64,000 nt of DNA from Myxococcales bacterium (GTDB taxonomy: Bacteria; Myxococcota_A; Polyangia; Polyangiales; DASUME01). A program made the translations under genes and the position numbers. Positions 19,818 to 28,943 of this stretch are shown in pieces. The first letter of the stretch is position 1, and every line of letters begins with the position of its first letter. Under the pieces are notes generated by a model. It was not told where the DNA came from and ran no database searches. It worked only from the letters and a program-made list of their open reading frames with translations. The stretch is taken from positions 5,600,001 to 5,664,000 of the forward strand of contig JASGJH010000001.1 in assembly GCA_047601445.1 (NCBI GenBank), read 5' to 3'.

Positions 19818-21068
19818 ATGTCCCAGCACGCCCGCATGCTCGTCGCGCTGCTCGTCGGTGCCGCCCTCGGCATCCTCTCCCGCTACGTGCTGCCCCCTCA
19901 TGTGCTCGCCGCGCTAGTGGACTACGTGGCGCAGCCCATCGGGCAGATCTTCCTGCGCCTGCTGTTCGTGCTCGTGGTCCCGCTTCTGTTCTCGGCGCTG
20001 GTGGTCGGCATCGCCGACCTCGACCTCAAGCACCTCGGCAAGCTGGGCAAACGCACCCTCCTCTACACCCTGAGCGTCTCCCTTATCTCGGTGGTCATCG
20101 GGATGGTCTTGGTGAACCTGGTGGGACCGGGACGCGGCATGGGGAGCGCCCTGGCCCAGCTCAAGGGCACTGCCCCGGTGGCGCCCGCCAGCAGCAGCCT
20201 GACCGACCTCTCCCCCACCGCGGTGATCGTGAACATGGTCCCCAAGAACGCGCTCGAGGCGGCGGCCACTGGCGACATGCTCGCGTTCATGGTGTTCGCG
20301 CTGATGTTCGGCATCGCGCTGGCCGTGACCCGCACCGAGAACACCCAGGTTCTGCGCTCGGCCATCGCAGGCATCTACGACGTTTGCATGACGTGGATCG
20401 AGGCCGTGCTGCGCATCGTGGCGCCCTTCGGCGTGGCGGCGCTGCTCTTCAGCATGACCAGTCGCATCGGCGCCTCGGTGCTCGCCCATGTGGCGGCCTA
20501 CGTGGCGGTGGTGGTCGGCGGGCTCGCGTTGCACAATTTCGGCGTCTACGCGCTGAGCGTGCGGTTCCTGGGCGGACTCTCGCCGATCACCTTCTTTCGC
20601 TCGGTGCGCGTGGCCATGTTGACGGCCTTCTCCACCGCATCGTCTAGCGCCACCCTGCCCACCGCCATTCACGTGGCCGAGACCGAACTCAAGCTGCCGA
20701 GCCACGTCGCGCGCTTCGTGCTCACGGCGGGTTCGGCCATGAACCAGAACGGCACGGCGCTATTCGAGGGCGTGACGGTACTCTTCTTGGCGCAGGTGGC
20801 CGGACTGGAGCTGCCCCTGGGCAAACAGCTCATCGTGATGCTGATCAGCGTCCTCGCGGGCGTGGGCACGGCCGGGGTTCCCGCCGGATCTATCCCTGTT
20901 ATCGCGATGATTCTCGGGTTGCTCGGGGTCCCTCCCGAGGGCCTGGGATTGATCATGGGCGTCGATCGGTTCCTGGATATGTGCCGCACCACGGTAAACG
21001 TCACAGGAGATCTCGCGGCGGCTGTCTATGTGGCCAAGGGCGAAAATGCCCAAAAAATGGAAGCTTAA
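19818..21068 (+). CDS. Dicarboxylate/amino acid:cation symporter (GltP-like)
   Basis: AFSTASSSATLP, MNQNGTAL, GVGTAGVP, DRFLDMCRTTVNVTGD. Confidence 0.93.
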   Translation: MSQHARMLVALLVGAALGILSRYVLPPHVLAALVDYVAQPIGQIFLRLLFVLVVPLLFSALVVGIADLDLKHLGKLGKRTLLYTLSVSLISVVIGMVLVNLVGPGRGMGSALAQLKGTAPVAPASSSLTDLSPTAVIVNMVPKNALEAAATGDMLAFMVFALMFGIALAVTRTENTQVLRSAIAGIYDVCMTWIEAVLRIVAPFGVAALLFSMTSRIGASVLAHVAAYVAVVVGGLALHNFGVYALSVRFLGGLSPITFFRSVRVAMLTAFSTASSSATLPTAIHVAETELKLPSHVARFVLTAGSAMNQNGTALFEGVTVLFLAQVAGLELPLGKQLIVMLISVLAGVGTAGVPAGSIPVIAMILGLLGVPPEGLGLIMGVDRFLDMCRTTVNVTGDLAAAVYVAKGENAQKMEA

Positions 21069-21144
21069 ACTTGTCAGCACCAGCGCCAGGTTGGATGGTT
21101 CGCTCGGCGCGTTCGCGCGCGGGGAACTTACCTGGGAGGGACGG

Positions 21145-21654
21145 ATGCTGAAGATCACCAAGATTGCCTGCCTATTGGCCCTGTGCACTGGGCTCGCCAT
21201 GGCCTGCGGGGATGACCCCGCGTCGAGCGGTAACACCGACGCCGGAGTCGGTGATGGTGATGGTGACGGTGACGGCGATGGCGATGGCGATGGTGACGGT
21301 GACGGCGATGGCGATGGTGACGGCGACGGTGATGGCGATGGTGACGGCGACGGTGATGGCGACACCGGCGGAGATGCCGGCACGGCCAGCGGCAAGGATT
21401 GCATCCTCGACGAGACCAATTGCGTCGTCGGCACCGGAGTCAGCCTGATCTGCAAGAAGCAGCTCGACGGCACCGTGGGCACTTGCTCGAAGAAGAACGT
21501 CGACGGCACCTGCGCCTACAAGGAAGGCACCATCAGCGCCACGCTCTACTACTACAAGACCTCCAAGGGAGAGGCCTGGTCGAACACCGACGGCGACACC
21601 GCGAAGGACGACTGCGAAGGCTTCTACGAGGGCAAGTACACCGCTGCCAAGTGA
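21145..21654 (+). CDS. Small Cys-containing lipoprotein with a (Gly-Asp)19 tract
   Basis: SD GGGAGG; lipobox LAMAC; GD repeat; paralogous to the next gene. Confidence 0.8.
   Translation: MLKITKIACLLALCTGLAMACGDDPASSGNTDAGVGDGDGDGDGDGDGDGDGDGDGDGDGDGDGDGDGDGDGDTGGDAGTASGKDCILDETNCVVGTGVSLICKKQLDGTVGTCSKKNVDGTCAYKEGTISATLYYYKTSKGEAWSNTDGDTAKDDCEGFYEGKYTAAK
21250..21363 (+). repeat. Coding hexanucleotide repeat (GGYGAY)19
   Basis: 114 bp of GGT/GGC-GAT/GAC units encoding GD x19. Confidence 0.95.
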
Positions 21655-21854
21655 GGCATCACCCACGGGTGATTTGCGGTCCAGGGTCGCTCTCGCAGTC
21701 GCGGAGCGGCCCTCTGCATTTAAGCGCAAGTCAGCGAAGAATGGCCGCTTTTTCTCGTGCGCATCGCGCGTCCCCACCCCGGGGTGATGGCATGAATGTT
21801 CTTCGCGAACACGCGTCGGCCGCGAGAACATCATTCAGCTCGGGAGGGCAACGC

Positions 21855-22205
21855 ATGCTCAAGTTCACGAAGATCACCTGTTTGTTCGCACTTTGCTCGG
21901 GCCTCGCCTTCGGTTGCGGCGACGGCGGCGATGACGGCAAAGGCAGCGAAGGCACCGTCGAAGGCTGCGCCAACAAGGATGACGACACCTGCAGCGAAGG
22001 CGCGAATCAGGGCCTCTTCTGTGAATCCTTCGGCGGCGTCAAGGGCCCCTGCTCCAAGGACAATCTCGAGGGAACCTGTGCCTACAAGGAAGACGACGGC
22101 ACGCCCACCACGATCTATTACTACAAGGGCGATCAATGGGACGACGACATGGCCAAGGGCGACTGCGAAGACGACTTCTACAAGGGCACCTACACCAACA
22201 AGTGA
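21855..22205 (+). CDS. Small lipoprotein, tandem paralogue of 21145..21654
   Basis: SD GGGAGG; MLKFTKITCLFALCSGLAFGC vs MLKITKIACLLALCTGLAMAC; shared CSKxNxxGTCAYKE...YYYK...W...AKxDCE..Y.G.YT. Confidence 0.8.
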   Translation: MLKFTKITCLFALCSGLAFGCGDGGDDGKGSEGTVEGCANKDDDTCSEGANQGLFCESFGGVKGPCSKDNLEGTCAYKEDDGTPTTIYYYKGDQWDDDMAKGDCEDDFYKGTYTNK

Positions 22206-22265
22206 ACGGCCCCGTTCACTCGCGCTGGCTCGGAGTAAGCTCCGGGCCAGTTCGCCTTTAACGGC

Positions 22266-23360
22266 TCAGGTGCTGCACGCCGTAAGCGCCTGCTCCACGA
22301 TGTGCACGCCTCGCGCGACCACCATCCGGCGCCAACTCGGCGAAGCCGGGGAGAACACCTCGCGCAGCTCGGCCCGCGCGCGGGCCAGGAGGCGCGGACG
22401 GTCGCTGGCATAGTGGTGGGAGCGGTTCTCGAAGCGCATCGCCGAGAGGACCCGCAAGGACGTATAGGTGCCGAATTCAGCGAGCAGCGTGTCGTACTGC
22501 ACGCCCTCGAAGCACTGCTCGAGCCAACGCCCGAGTCCGCCGCGGATCTCGTAGAGCACGCCCTTGGTGTCGAACCCCTGCACGAACTTGGCGCCGAACT
22601 CGCGGCTCAGCGCCGCCACGCGCGGGTGCTGCGCGGGCAGGTCCACGCACAGCGCATAACTGCCCCACTTGCCGAGGCCGGTGTGGAAGTCCACGTGCAG
22701 AACCCGCTCGGGCTTGCCGATCCAGCTGGGCCCGTGCTCCCGCCATAGCTCCTGGACTCTGCTGGGCGCGTGACCTCCGAAGAAGAGGCCCTGAGGGAAC
22801 TCGTATTGTCCGGTGGCCACCGCCGTCTTGAGCGCAGGAAAGCCACGCTTGAGCACTTCGCGCGCCGCCTTGAGCAAGAACGGCTCGAAGCGCGCAGGCG
22901 GGTTCTTGGGGTTCAAGAGCCCGTCGAGCTCCCGATAAGCCTCGGGGGCGCCGCTGAAGCTCGCGCCTTCCAGCAGGAAATTACGGTTCTGGTCGACGTT
23001 GTGCTCGTTCACGCGGCGCGACCAGGCGAACCCGAATGGGTTGTTGGCGTGCACCATGACCACCGCCACATGGGATGGCAGCGTCACGCGCGAGAACAGC
23101 CCCTCGAGCGCCGCGAGCTGCACGGCCGAGCCGAAGAAGCCCTCCACACCGTGGGTGCCGCTCGACACCACCAGCACACGACGCGCCTGCGCCGTGCCTT
23201 TTCTGGCCACGTCCAGTGTGAGATCAGTCCCATCTGGGGCCACCTGGCCGATGGCGTAGGCAGTGAGCTCGAAGCCCGCGTCGCGCGCGGCGTCGCGAAA
23301 GCGCGCGCGAGCTGTCGCGTAGTCGGGCGAGAACGTGAGCGCCGAGTCCCCAGTTGGCAC
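22266..23360 (-). CDS. M14-family zinc metallopeptidase (DUF2817-like); start uncertain
   Basis: SSGTHGVEG (HxxE), RRVNEHNVDQNRNF, DFHTGLG, AEFGT. Confidence 0.85.
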   Translation of the reverse strand: MPTGDSALTFSPDYATARARFRDAARDAGFELTAYAIGQVAPDGTDLTLDVARKGTAQARRVLVVSSGTHGVEGFFGSAVQLAALEGLFSRVTLPSHVAVVMVHANNPFGFAWSRRVNEHNVDQNRNFLLEGASFSGAPEAYRELDGLLNPKNPPARFEPFLLKAAREVLKRGFPALKTAVATGQYEFPQGLFFGGHAPSRVQELWREHGPSWIGKPERVLHVDFHTGLGKWGSYALCVDLPAQHPRVAALSREFGAKFVQGFDTKGVLYEIRGGLGRWLEQCFEGVQYDTLLAEFGTYTSLRVLSAMRFENRSHHYASDRPRLLARARAELREVFSPASPSWRRMVVARGVHIVEQALTACST

Positions 23361-23520
23361 GCACAGAGTTTCCCCCGATCCGGTCTCTTCGCAAGCCTTT
23401 GTCGTGTGCCGACCCCACACTTCACGGACTACACTGCGCGGGCTCCGTGATGCGGACCCTCCGTATGGGGCGGGGCAGCGAGCGCTGGCGGGGGACAGGC
23501 TAGCGCGGGGGACTCGAGAC

Positions 23521-26496
23521 ATGGGCAATGGTGAGGACTCGTTTGCTGCACGCTGGAAGAAGCGCGCGGACCTGTTGGGGAGGGGCGCACAGAACGCCCT
23601 CGAGGTGGCGCGGCTCGGTCGCCTGACCCCGGCGCAACGCACGCCCTATTCGGTGGAGCACGAAGGGCGCATCTTCGAGCTGCGACGCTACGCGGCCCAA
23701 CCAAACCTGCAGTGGGTCGAGCATCCCATCCTCCTCGTGCCCGCCCTGATGGTGCGCTCGGACGTCTACGACCTGGAGCCCACCTCGAGCGTGGTGGCGT
23801 TCTTGGCGCGTGCCGGCGTGGACACCTGGCTCGTGGACTTCGGCGACCCGAGCAACGTGCAGGGCGGCCTCGAGCGCACGCAGGACGATCACGTGCGCGC
23901 GGTGAGCGAGTGCATCGAGACCATCCGCGAGCGCACCGGCAAGGAAGTGCACGTGGCGGGCTATTCGCAGGGCGGCATGCTGGCCTACCAGGTGTGCGCG
24001 CTGCGTCGCTCGGAGGGCATCAAGTCGCTGATCACGTTCGGCGCACTGGTGGACCTGCATGCTTCGTCGTTGCTCGATCCGGATCTGTTCGGGAAGGCGC
24101 TCGAGCTGTTGCGCAGTGGCCTCTTGCGTACGCTGGGCTCCATCGAGTCCTTGCCCGGCGGGCTCTCGAGTGCGCTGTTCAAGGTGCTCAACTGGGACAG
24201 GCGCGCGCTCGAGTTCCTGCAGTTCTTGGGCGATCTGCACGATCGGCGCGCCATCGAAGAGGGCGAGGGCAAGCGTCACTTCTTGGCGGGCGAGGGCTTC
24301 GTGGCCTGGCCCGGTCCGGCGGTGGCGCGCTTCGCGGACGAACTCTTGCTCGGGAACCGCCTGATGCAGGGTGGCTTCGTGATCGACGGGCGCGTTTGCT
24401 CGCTCGACGACATCACCTCGCCGCTGCTGTATTTCACCGGCGAGCGCGATACCATCGCCTCGCCGCGCTCGGTCAGCGCCATCGAGATGGCGGCGCCGCA
24501 CATCCGCGAGCTCTACAAGATCTCGGTGCCGAGCGGGCACATCGGGCTGGTGGTGAGTCGTAAGGCTTTCGAGGTCACCTGGCCCAGCGTGGTCGAGTGG
24601 CTGCGCTGGCGGGAAAGCTCGGGACCCAAGCCGGTGCATCTGGTAGGTCACGACAAGCGCGGCGGCATGGGCGGTGCGCTCAACGAGCTGTCCGATGGAA
24701 TCGAGCTCCTGCACGGAGCCTCCACGGGGGTCCTGACCACCCTGCGCGAGCGCATGCAGCAAGTCACGCGCTCGAGCCTGAGCTGGAGCGAGAACGTACG
24801 CTTTCAGGTGGCGCGTCTGGCCAAGCTGGAGCGCTTGACGCCTCACACGCGGGTGAGCTTCGGGCTCGCCCTCAAGGAGCAAGCCGAGCGCAACCCACAT
24901 GGCGCGTGGTTCATCTACGACGGGCGCGGACAGAGCTATGCCCAGGCCAACGAGCGTGTGGACCATGTGGTCAAGGGGCTGATCGCCTGCGGCATTCGCC
25001 CGCGCCAGCAGGTGGGCGTGCTGATGCTGAATCGCCCGAGCTACCTCTCCATCGTCACGGCGTTGAGCCGGCTAGGCGCCGTCTCAGTGCTGCTGAGTCC
25101 CAACGCCGAAACACACCAGCTCGAGAACATGATCAGCATGGTCCCGCTCGACGCCCTGGTGGCCGACCCCGACAACGTGCTGCGCGCGCGCCAGGCGTTT
25201 CGCGGCAAGGTGTTGATGCTGGGAGCGCCCAAGGGGCCGCGGCCCAAGCTGCAAGACTTCCTCGACATGGAGACCCTGGAGACCGACCGGGTCACCTTGC
25301 CGAACTGGTACCACGAGAACCCTGGCCGCGCCGAAGACCTGGCGATGATCATGTTCACCACGGGTCGCTTCGACGAGCCGCGCGCCGCACGCATCACGAA
25401 CCGACGTTGGGCGGTCGCAGCCTATGGCGCCGCCGCGGCGGCCTCGCTGAGTCCCAAGGACACCGTGTACGCCTGCACGCCGCTGCATCACGCTTCGGGC
25501 ATGTTGGTGGCTACCGGCGGTGCGCTGGTCGGGCGTGCCAGGCTCGCGCTCACGCAGAGCTTCGCGGCCGAGCGGTTCTGGCCCGAGGTGCGTCGCTACG
25601 GCGTCACCGTGGTGTTCTATGCCGGTGAGATGCTGCGGGAGCTCGTGGATGCGCCGAGCTACCGCGGAGAGCAACAGAACCCGCTGCGCCTGTTCGCGGG
25701 CAGCGGCATGCGGGCCGACATCTGGCGACGCCTGATCGCACGCTTCGGCAGCGTGGGTGTGCTCGAGTTCTACGCGTCCACCGAAGGCACCGGAGTGTTG
25801 GCCAACGTGGCGGGCGAGAAGATCGGCTCCCTCGGACGGCCCTTGCCCGGGGTCAACGACATGCTGCTCGTGGCCTTCGACTTCGAGCGCAAGCGTGCCA
25901 TCCGCGACAAGGAGGGTCTCTGCATGGAGGCCGCCATCGACGAACCCGGGCTCTTGCTCACGCGCATCGACACCGAGAAGGCCAAGACCACCTTCGACGG
26001 CTACGTCGACAGCGAAGAGACCGAAGGGCGCATCCGCCACGACGTGAGGGCGCGTGGCGACACCTGGTTCGTGACGGGCGACGTGATGTATCGAGACGGC
26101 CAGGGCGACTATTGGTTCCTCGATCGGCTGGGTGATGTGGTGCGCACGAGCTTCGGTCCCGTGTTCACGCGGCCGGTGGAAGACGCGCTCTACGACCTGA
26201 GCGAGGTGCGCTTGGCGGTGGTGTACGGCTCCAACGCCCAGGAAGGCGAGCAGACCATCGAGGCCGCCCTGCAGCTGCGCGAGGGTCGCTCTCTTTCCGC
26301 GGAAGCTCTGTATCGCCTGTGCGAGCAACGCCTCGAGCCCAACGCGCGCCCTGCGGTGGTGCACGTGGTCTCGGCCGTCCCCACCACGGAGGGGCATCGT
26401 CCGCTCAAAGGTGCGCTGCGCCAGGGCCTGAACGATGATCAGATTCTGGTGAGCTACCGCTACGACGAAGGCGAGCAACGCTATGTGCTCACCTAG
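23521..26496 (+). CDS. Bifunctional alpha/beta-hydrolase (PhaC-like fold) plus FATP-type acyl-CoA synthetase fusion (Rv1683-like architecture)
   Basis: PILLVPALM, GYSQGG nucleophile elbow, GHIGLVV; C-terminal EFYASTEG, WFVTGD, DRLGD motifs. Confidence 0.85.
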   Translation: MGNGEDSFAARWKKRADLLGRGAQNALEVARLGRLTPAQRTPYSVEHEGRIFELRRYAAQPNLQWVEHPILLVPALMVRSDVYDLEPTSSVVAFLARAGVDTWLVDFGDPSNVQGGLERTQDDHVRAVSECIETIRERTGKEVHVAGYSQGGMLAYQVCALRRSEGIKSLITFGALVDLHASSLLDPDLFGKALELLRSGLLRTLGSIESLPGGLSSALFKVLNWDRRALEFLQFLGDLHDRRAIEEGEGKRHFLAGEGFVAWPGPAVARFADELLLGNRLMQGGFVIDGRVCSLDDITSPLLYFTGERDTIASPRSVSAIEMAAPHIRELYKISVPSGHIGLVVSRKAFEVTWPSVVEWLRWRESSGPKPVHLVGHDKRGGMGGALNELSDGIELLHGASTGVLTTLRERMQQVTRSSLSWSENVRFQVARLAKLERLTPHTRVSFGLALKEQAERNPHGAWFIYDGRGQSYAQANERVDHVVKGLIACGIRPRQQVGVLMLNRPSYLSIVTALSRLGAVSVLLSPNAETHQLENMISMVPLDALVADPDNVLRARQAFRGKVLMLGAPKGPRPKLQDFLDMETLETDRVTLPNWYHENPGRAEDLAMIMFTTGRFDEPRAARITNRRWAVAAYGAAAAASLSPKDTVYACTPLHHASGMLVATGGALVGRARLALTQSFAAERFWPEVRRYGVTVVFYAGEMLRELVDAPSYRGEQQNPLRLFAGSGMRADIWRRLIARFGSVGVLEFYASTEGTGVLANVAGEKIGSLGRPLPGVNDMLLVAFDFERKRAIRDKEGLCMEAAIDEPGLLLTRIDTEKAKTTFDGYVDSEETEGRIRHDVRARGDTWFVTGDVMYRDGQGDYWFLDRLGDVVRTSFGPVFTRPVEDALYDLSEVRLAVVYGSNAQEGEQTIEAALQLREGRSLSAEALYRLCEQRLEPNARPAVVHVVSAVPTTEGHRPLKGALRQGLNDDQILVSYRYDEGEQRYVLT

Positions 26497-26541
26497 CAGC
26501 GCGCTGACTTTGTAAGCGCTCTGCTCGGGTATACTCCGCTC

Positions 26542-27615
26542 ATGTCGAAACCTCGCATGGGCCTCGTGGCGTACTGGAAGGGCTACGACCGCAAACGCTA
26601 CCTCAAGGTGGTTCAGCTCGCCGACGAGCTCGGCTACGAGTCCTTCTGGGTACCCGAAGCATGGGGCTACGACGTCTTCTCGTTGCTCACCGAGATGGCC
26701 CTCTGCACCAAGCGCATCAAGCTGTGCACCGGTATCGTCAATGTGTTCAGTCGCTCGCCAGGCCTACTGGCGATGAGCTCGGCCACGCTGCAGGAGATCA
26801 GTCAGGGACGCTTCGTGCTCGGCATCGGCACGAGTGGCGCGCGTGTCATCGAGGGCTTCCACGGACGTCCTTTCGACAAGCCGCTCACGCAGACCCGCGA
26901 AGTGCTCAAGGTGGTGCGCGGGCTGCTGCGCGGGGAGTCCCTCGATCGCGTGGGCGGGGAGCTCGCGCGCTATCGGCCCTTCACGTTGGCCATGGACGGC
27001 ACGCCCTACCACGTTCCCATCTACGTAGCGGCCCTGAAGCAAAAGGCCATCGAGAGCGTCGGGGAGCTGGCCGATGGCTGGATGCCCGCGTTCTGGCCCT
27101 TCCACGAATTCGGCCGCGGCATGGCGTGGCTGCGCACCGGAGCCGAACGAGCCGGTCGCGATCCTTCGAAGCTCGAGGTCGCGCCGCTCACCGCCGCGAT
27201 CCCGCTCGGGGACCGGGGTCGCGACATGGCCAAGGAGATCATCTCCTTCTACGTGGGCGGCATGGGCGACTTCTACCGCGAGCTGCTCAGCAGCTTGGGT
27301 TTCGAAGAAGAATGCACGCGCATCGCCGCCCTGTACGCCAACAAAGAGACGCGCTCCCAGGCCAAGGACGCCGTCCCCAACGACATGATCGATGCCATGA
27401 CGGTATCGGGCGATCCCCTGAGCTGTCGTCAGAAGCTGCTTTCGCTCTCGGACAAGGGCGTCACGCAACCGCTGCTCGGACTGCCTGCCGGCGCTTCTTG
27501 GCCGGCTCTTGCCGCCTATCTCCACGTGATGGCGCCGGGCCGTACGCCGAGCCTGGTGCAGCTGATGGCCAGCGGCGCGGTGCGCGCAGTGAGCGCCATC
27601 GAAGGCCGCGGCTGA
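26542..27615 (+). CDS. LLM-class flavin-dependent oxidoreductase (possibly F420-dependent)
   Basis: [43 protein letters not shown]. Confidence 0.88.
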   Translation: MSKPRMGLVAYWKGYDRKRYLKVVQLADELGYESFWVPEAWGYDVFSLLTEMALCTKRIKLCTGIVNVFSRSPGLLAMSSATLQEISQGRFVLGIGTSGARVIEGFHGRPFDKPLTQTREVLKVVRGLLRGESLDRVGGELARYRPFTLAMDGTPYHVPIYVAALKQKAIESVGELADGWMPAFWPFHEFGRGMAWLRTGAERAGRDPSKLEVAPLTAAIPLGDRGRDMAKEIISFYVGGMGDFYRELLSSLGFEEECTRIAALYANKETRSQAKDAVPNDMIDAMTVSGDPLSCRQKLLSLSDKGVTQPLLGLPAGASWPALAAYLHVMAPGRTPSLVQLMASGAVRAVSAIEGRG

Positions 27616-27776
27616 CCCGAGCCGACGTTGCCATTCTTCGCTCGCGGGCGGCCCCGTCCGCTTCGACGAGATCACATCGAGCATCCGACGCATGCTGTCC
27701 CCACGTGGGTACCTGCGCCCGCTTCAGCGTGCATCGGCTGGCGCATGCGTGCGGATCTTGTGGCATCGTAGACACC

Positions 27777-28943
27777 ATGATCGTCACCCTCGAGAGCAAC
27801 GCGGAGCCCGACGCGGTGGAAGCGGTGATCCAGCTCGCGGCTCGCTATCCAGGCATCGAACCCAAGACCCATGTCTTTCGCGGTAAGGGAGAAGTCATCA
27901 CCGAAGTGCACCTGTTGGGCGCCACGCAACGCGTGCCCGTGGAGGCCTTCGAGGAGCTCGCCTGGGTGCGCAGCGTGGTCCGCGTCTCCAAGAAGTACCG
28001 GATCATCGGCCGCCACCAGGCCTTTCAGGATAGCCACAGCTTCGTCTACAACGGAGTCGCCTTCGACGACGACCACCTGCACCTGTTCGCTGGTCTGTGC
28101 GCGGTGGACACCAAGGAGCACGTCGCCGAGGTCATGAAGGCCCTGCAGCGTCACGGCATCGTGACCACGCGCATGGGTGCCTACAAGCCTCGCACCAGCC
28201 CCTACGATTTCCAGGGCCTGGGGGCCAGCTGTCTGCCGTGGGTATTCGAGCTCGCGGGCAAGTACGGCGTGAAGGTGATCGCCATGGAGGTCACCGACGG
28301 TCGCCACATCGAAGAGATCCAGCGCGCGCTCGCCGCCACCGGCAACGCCACCGGCGTAATGCTGCAGATCGGCACGCGCAACGCGCAGAACTTCGAGTTG
28401 CTCAAGGAGGTGGGGCAGCAAAAGGAGTTCCCCGTCCTGGTCAAGCGCGGCATGGGCATCACGCTCGAGGAGTCCCTCAATGCCGCCGAGTACATCGCCA
28501 GCGAAGGCAACCCGAACATCGTGTTCTGTTTGCGCGGCGTGAAGAGTCACCTCGGCGAACCCATGCGTAACTTGGTGGACTTCGCCCACGTGCCCGTGGT
28601 CCGCAAGCTCACGCGCCTCACCGTCTGCGTCGACCCATCCCACAGCGTCGGGCGCGCCGACGTGGCCCCAGACGGCATCCCCTACATTTTCCACGTGATC
28701 GGGCAGGGCATCGTGGCGGGAGCAACCAGCGTGCTGGTGGACTTCCACCCGCACCCAGAGACCGCCCTCTGCGACGGCCCGCAAGCGCTCACGCTCGACA
28801 TGCTGGGCCGACTGATGCGCTACAGCGATGCGATGCGCGAGGCCTACTTGAACGCGCAGAGCGTGTTCTCCGATCGCGTTACCCGGCCCTCGCTCCCGCT
28901 CGACGAACTGGGGCAGAAGCAAGGACAGACCGAGCTCAGCTAG
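27777..28943 (+). CDS. aroF: 3-deoxy-7-phosphoheptulonate (DAHP) synthase, type I-beta
   Basis: AGLCAV, GAYKPRTSPYDFQG, QIGTRNAQNFELL, PVLVKRG, VDPSH, ALCDGPQ. Confidence 0.9.
   Translation: MIVTLESNAEPDAVEAVIQLAARYPGIEPKTHVFRGKGEVITEVHLLGATQRVPVEAFEELAWVRSVVRVSKKYRIIGRHQAFQDSHSFVYNGVAFDDDHLHLFAGLCAVDTKEHVAEVMKALQRHGIVTTRMGAYKPRTSPYDFQGLGASCLPWVFELAGKYGVKVIAMEVTDGRHIEEIQRALAATGNATGVMLQIGTRNAQNFELLKEVGQQKEFPVLVKRGMGITLEESLNAAEYIASEGNPNIVFCLRGVKSHLGEPMRNLVDFAHVPVVRKLTRLTVCVDPSHSVGRADVAPDGIPYIFHVIGQGIVAGATSVLVDFHPHPETALCDGPQALTLDMLGRLMRYSDAMREAYLNAQSVFSDRVTRPSLPLDELGQKQGQTELS

Noticed and set aside
26661..27776. Long N-terminal extension on the DAHP synthase ORF
   Set aside because: It overlaps the LLM gene in another frame; the DAHP synthase-like sequence begins at ATG 27777.
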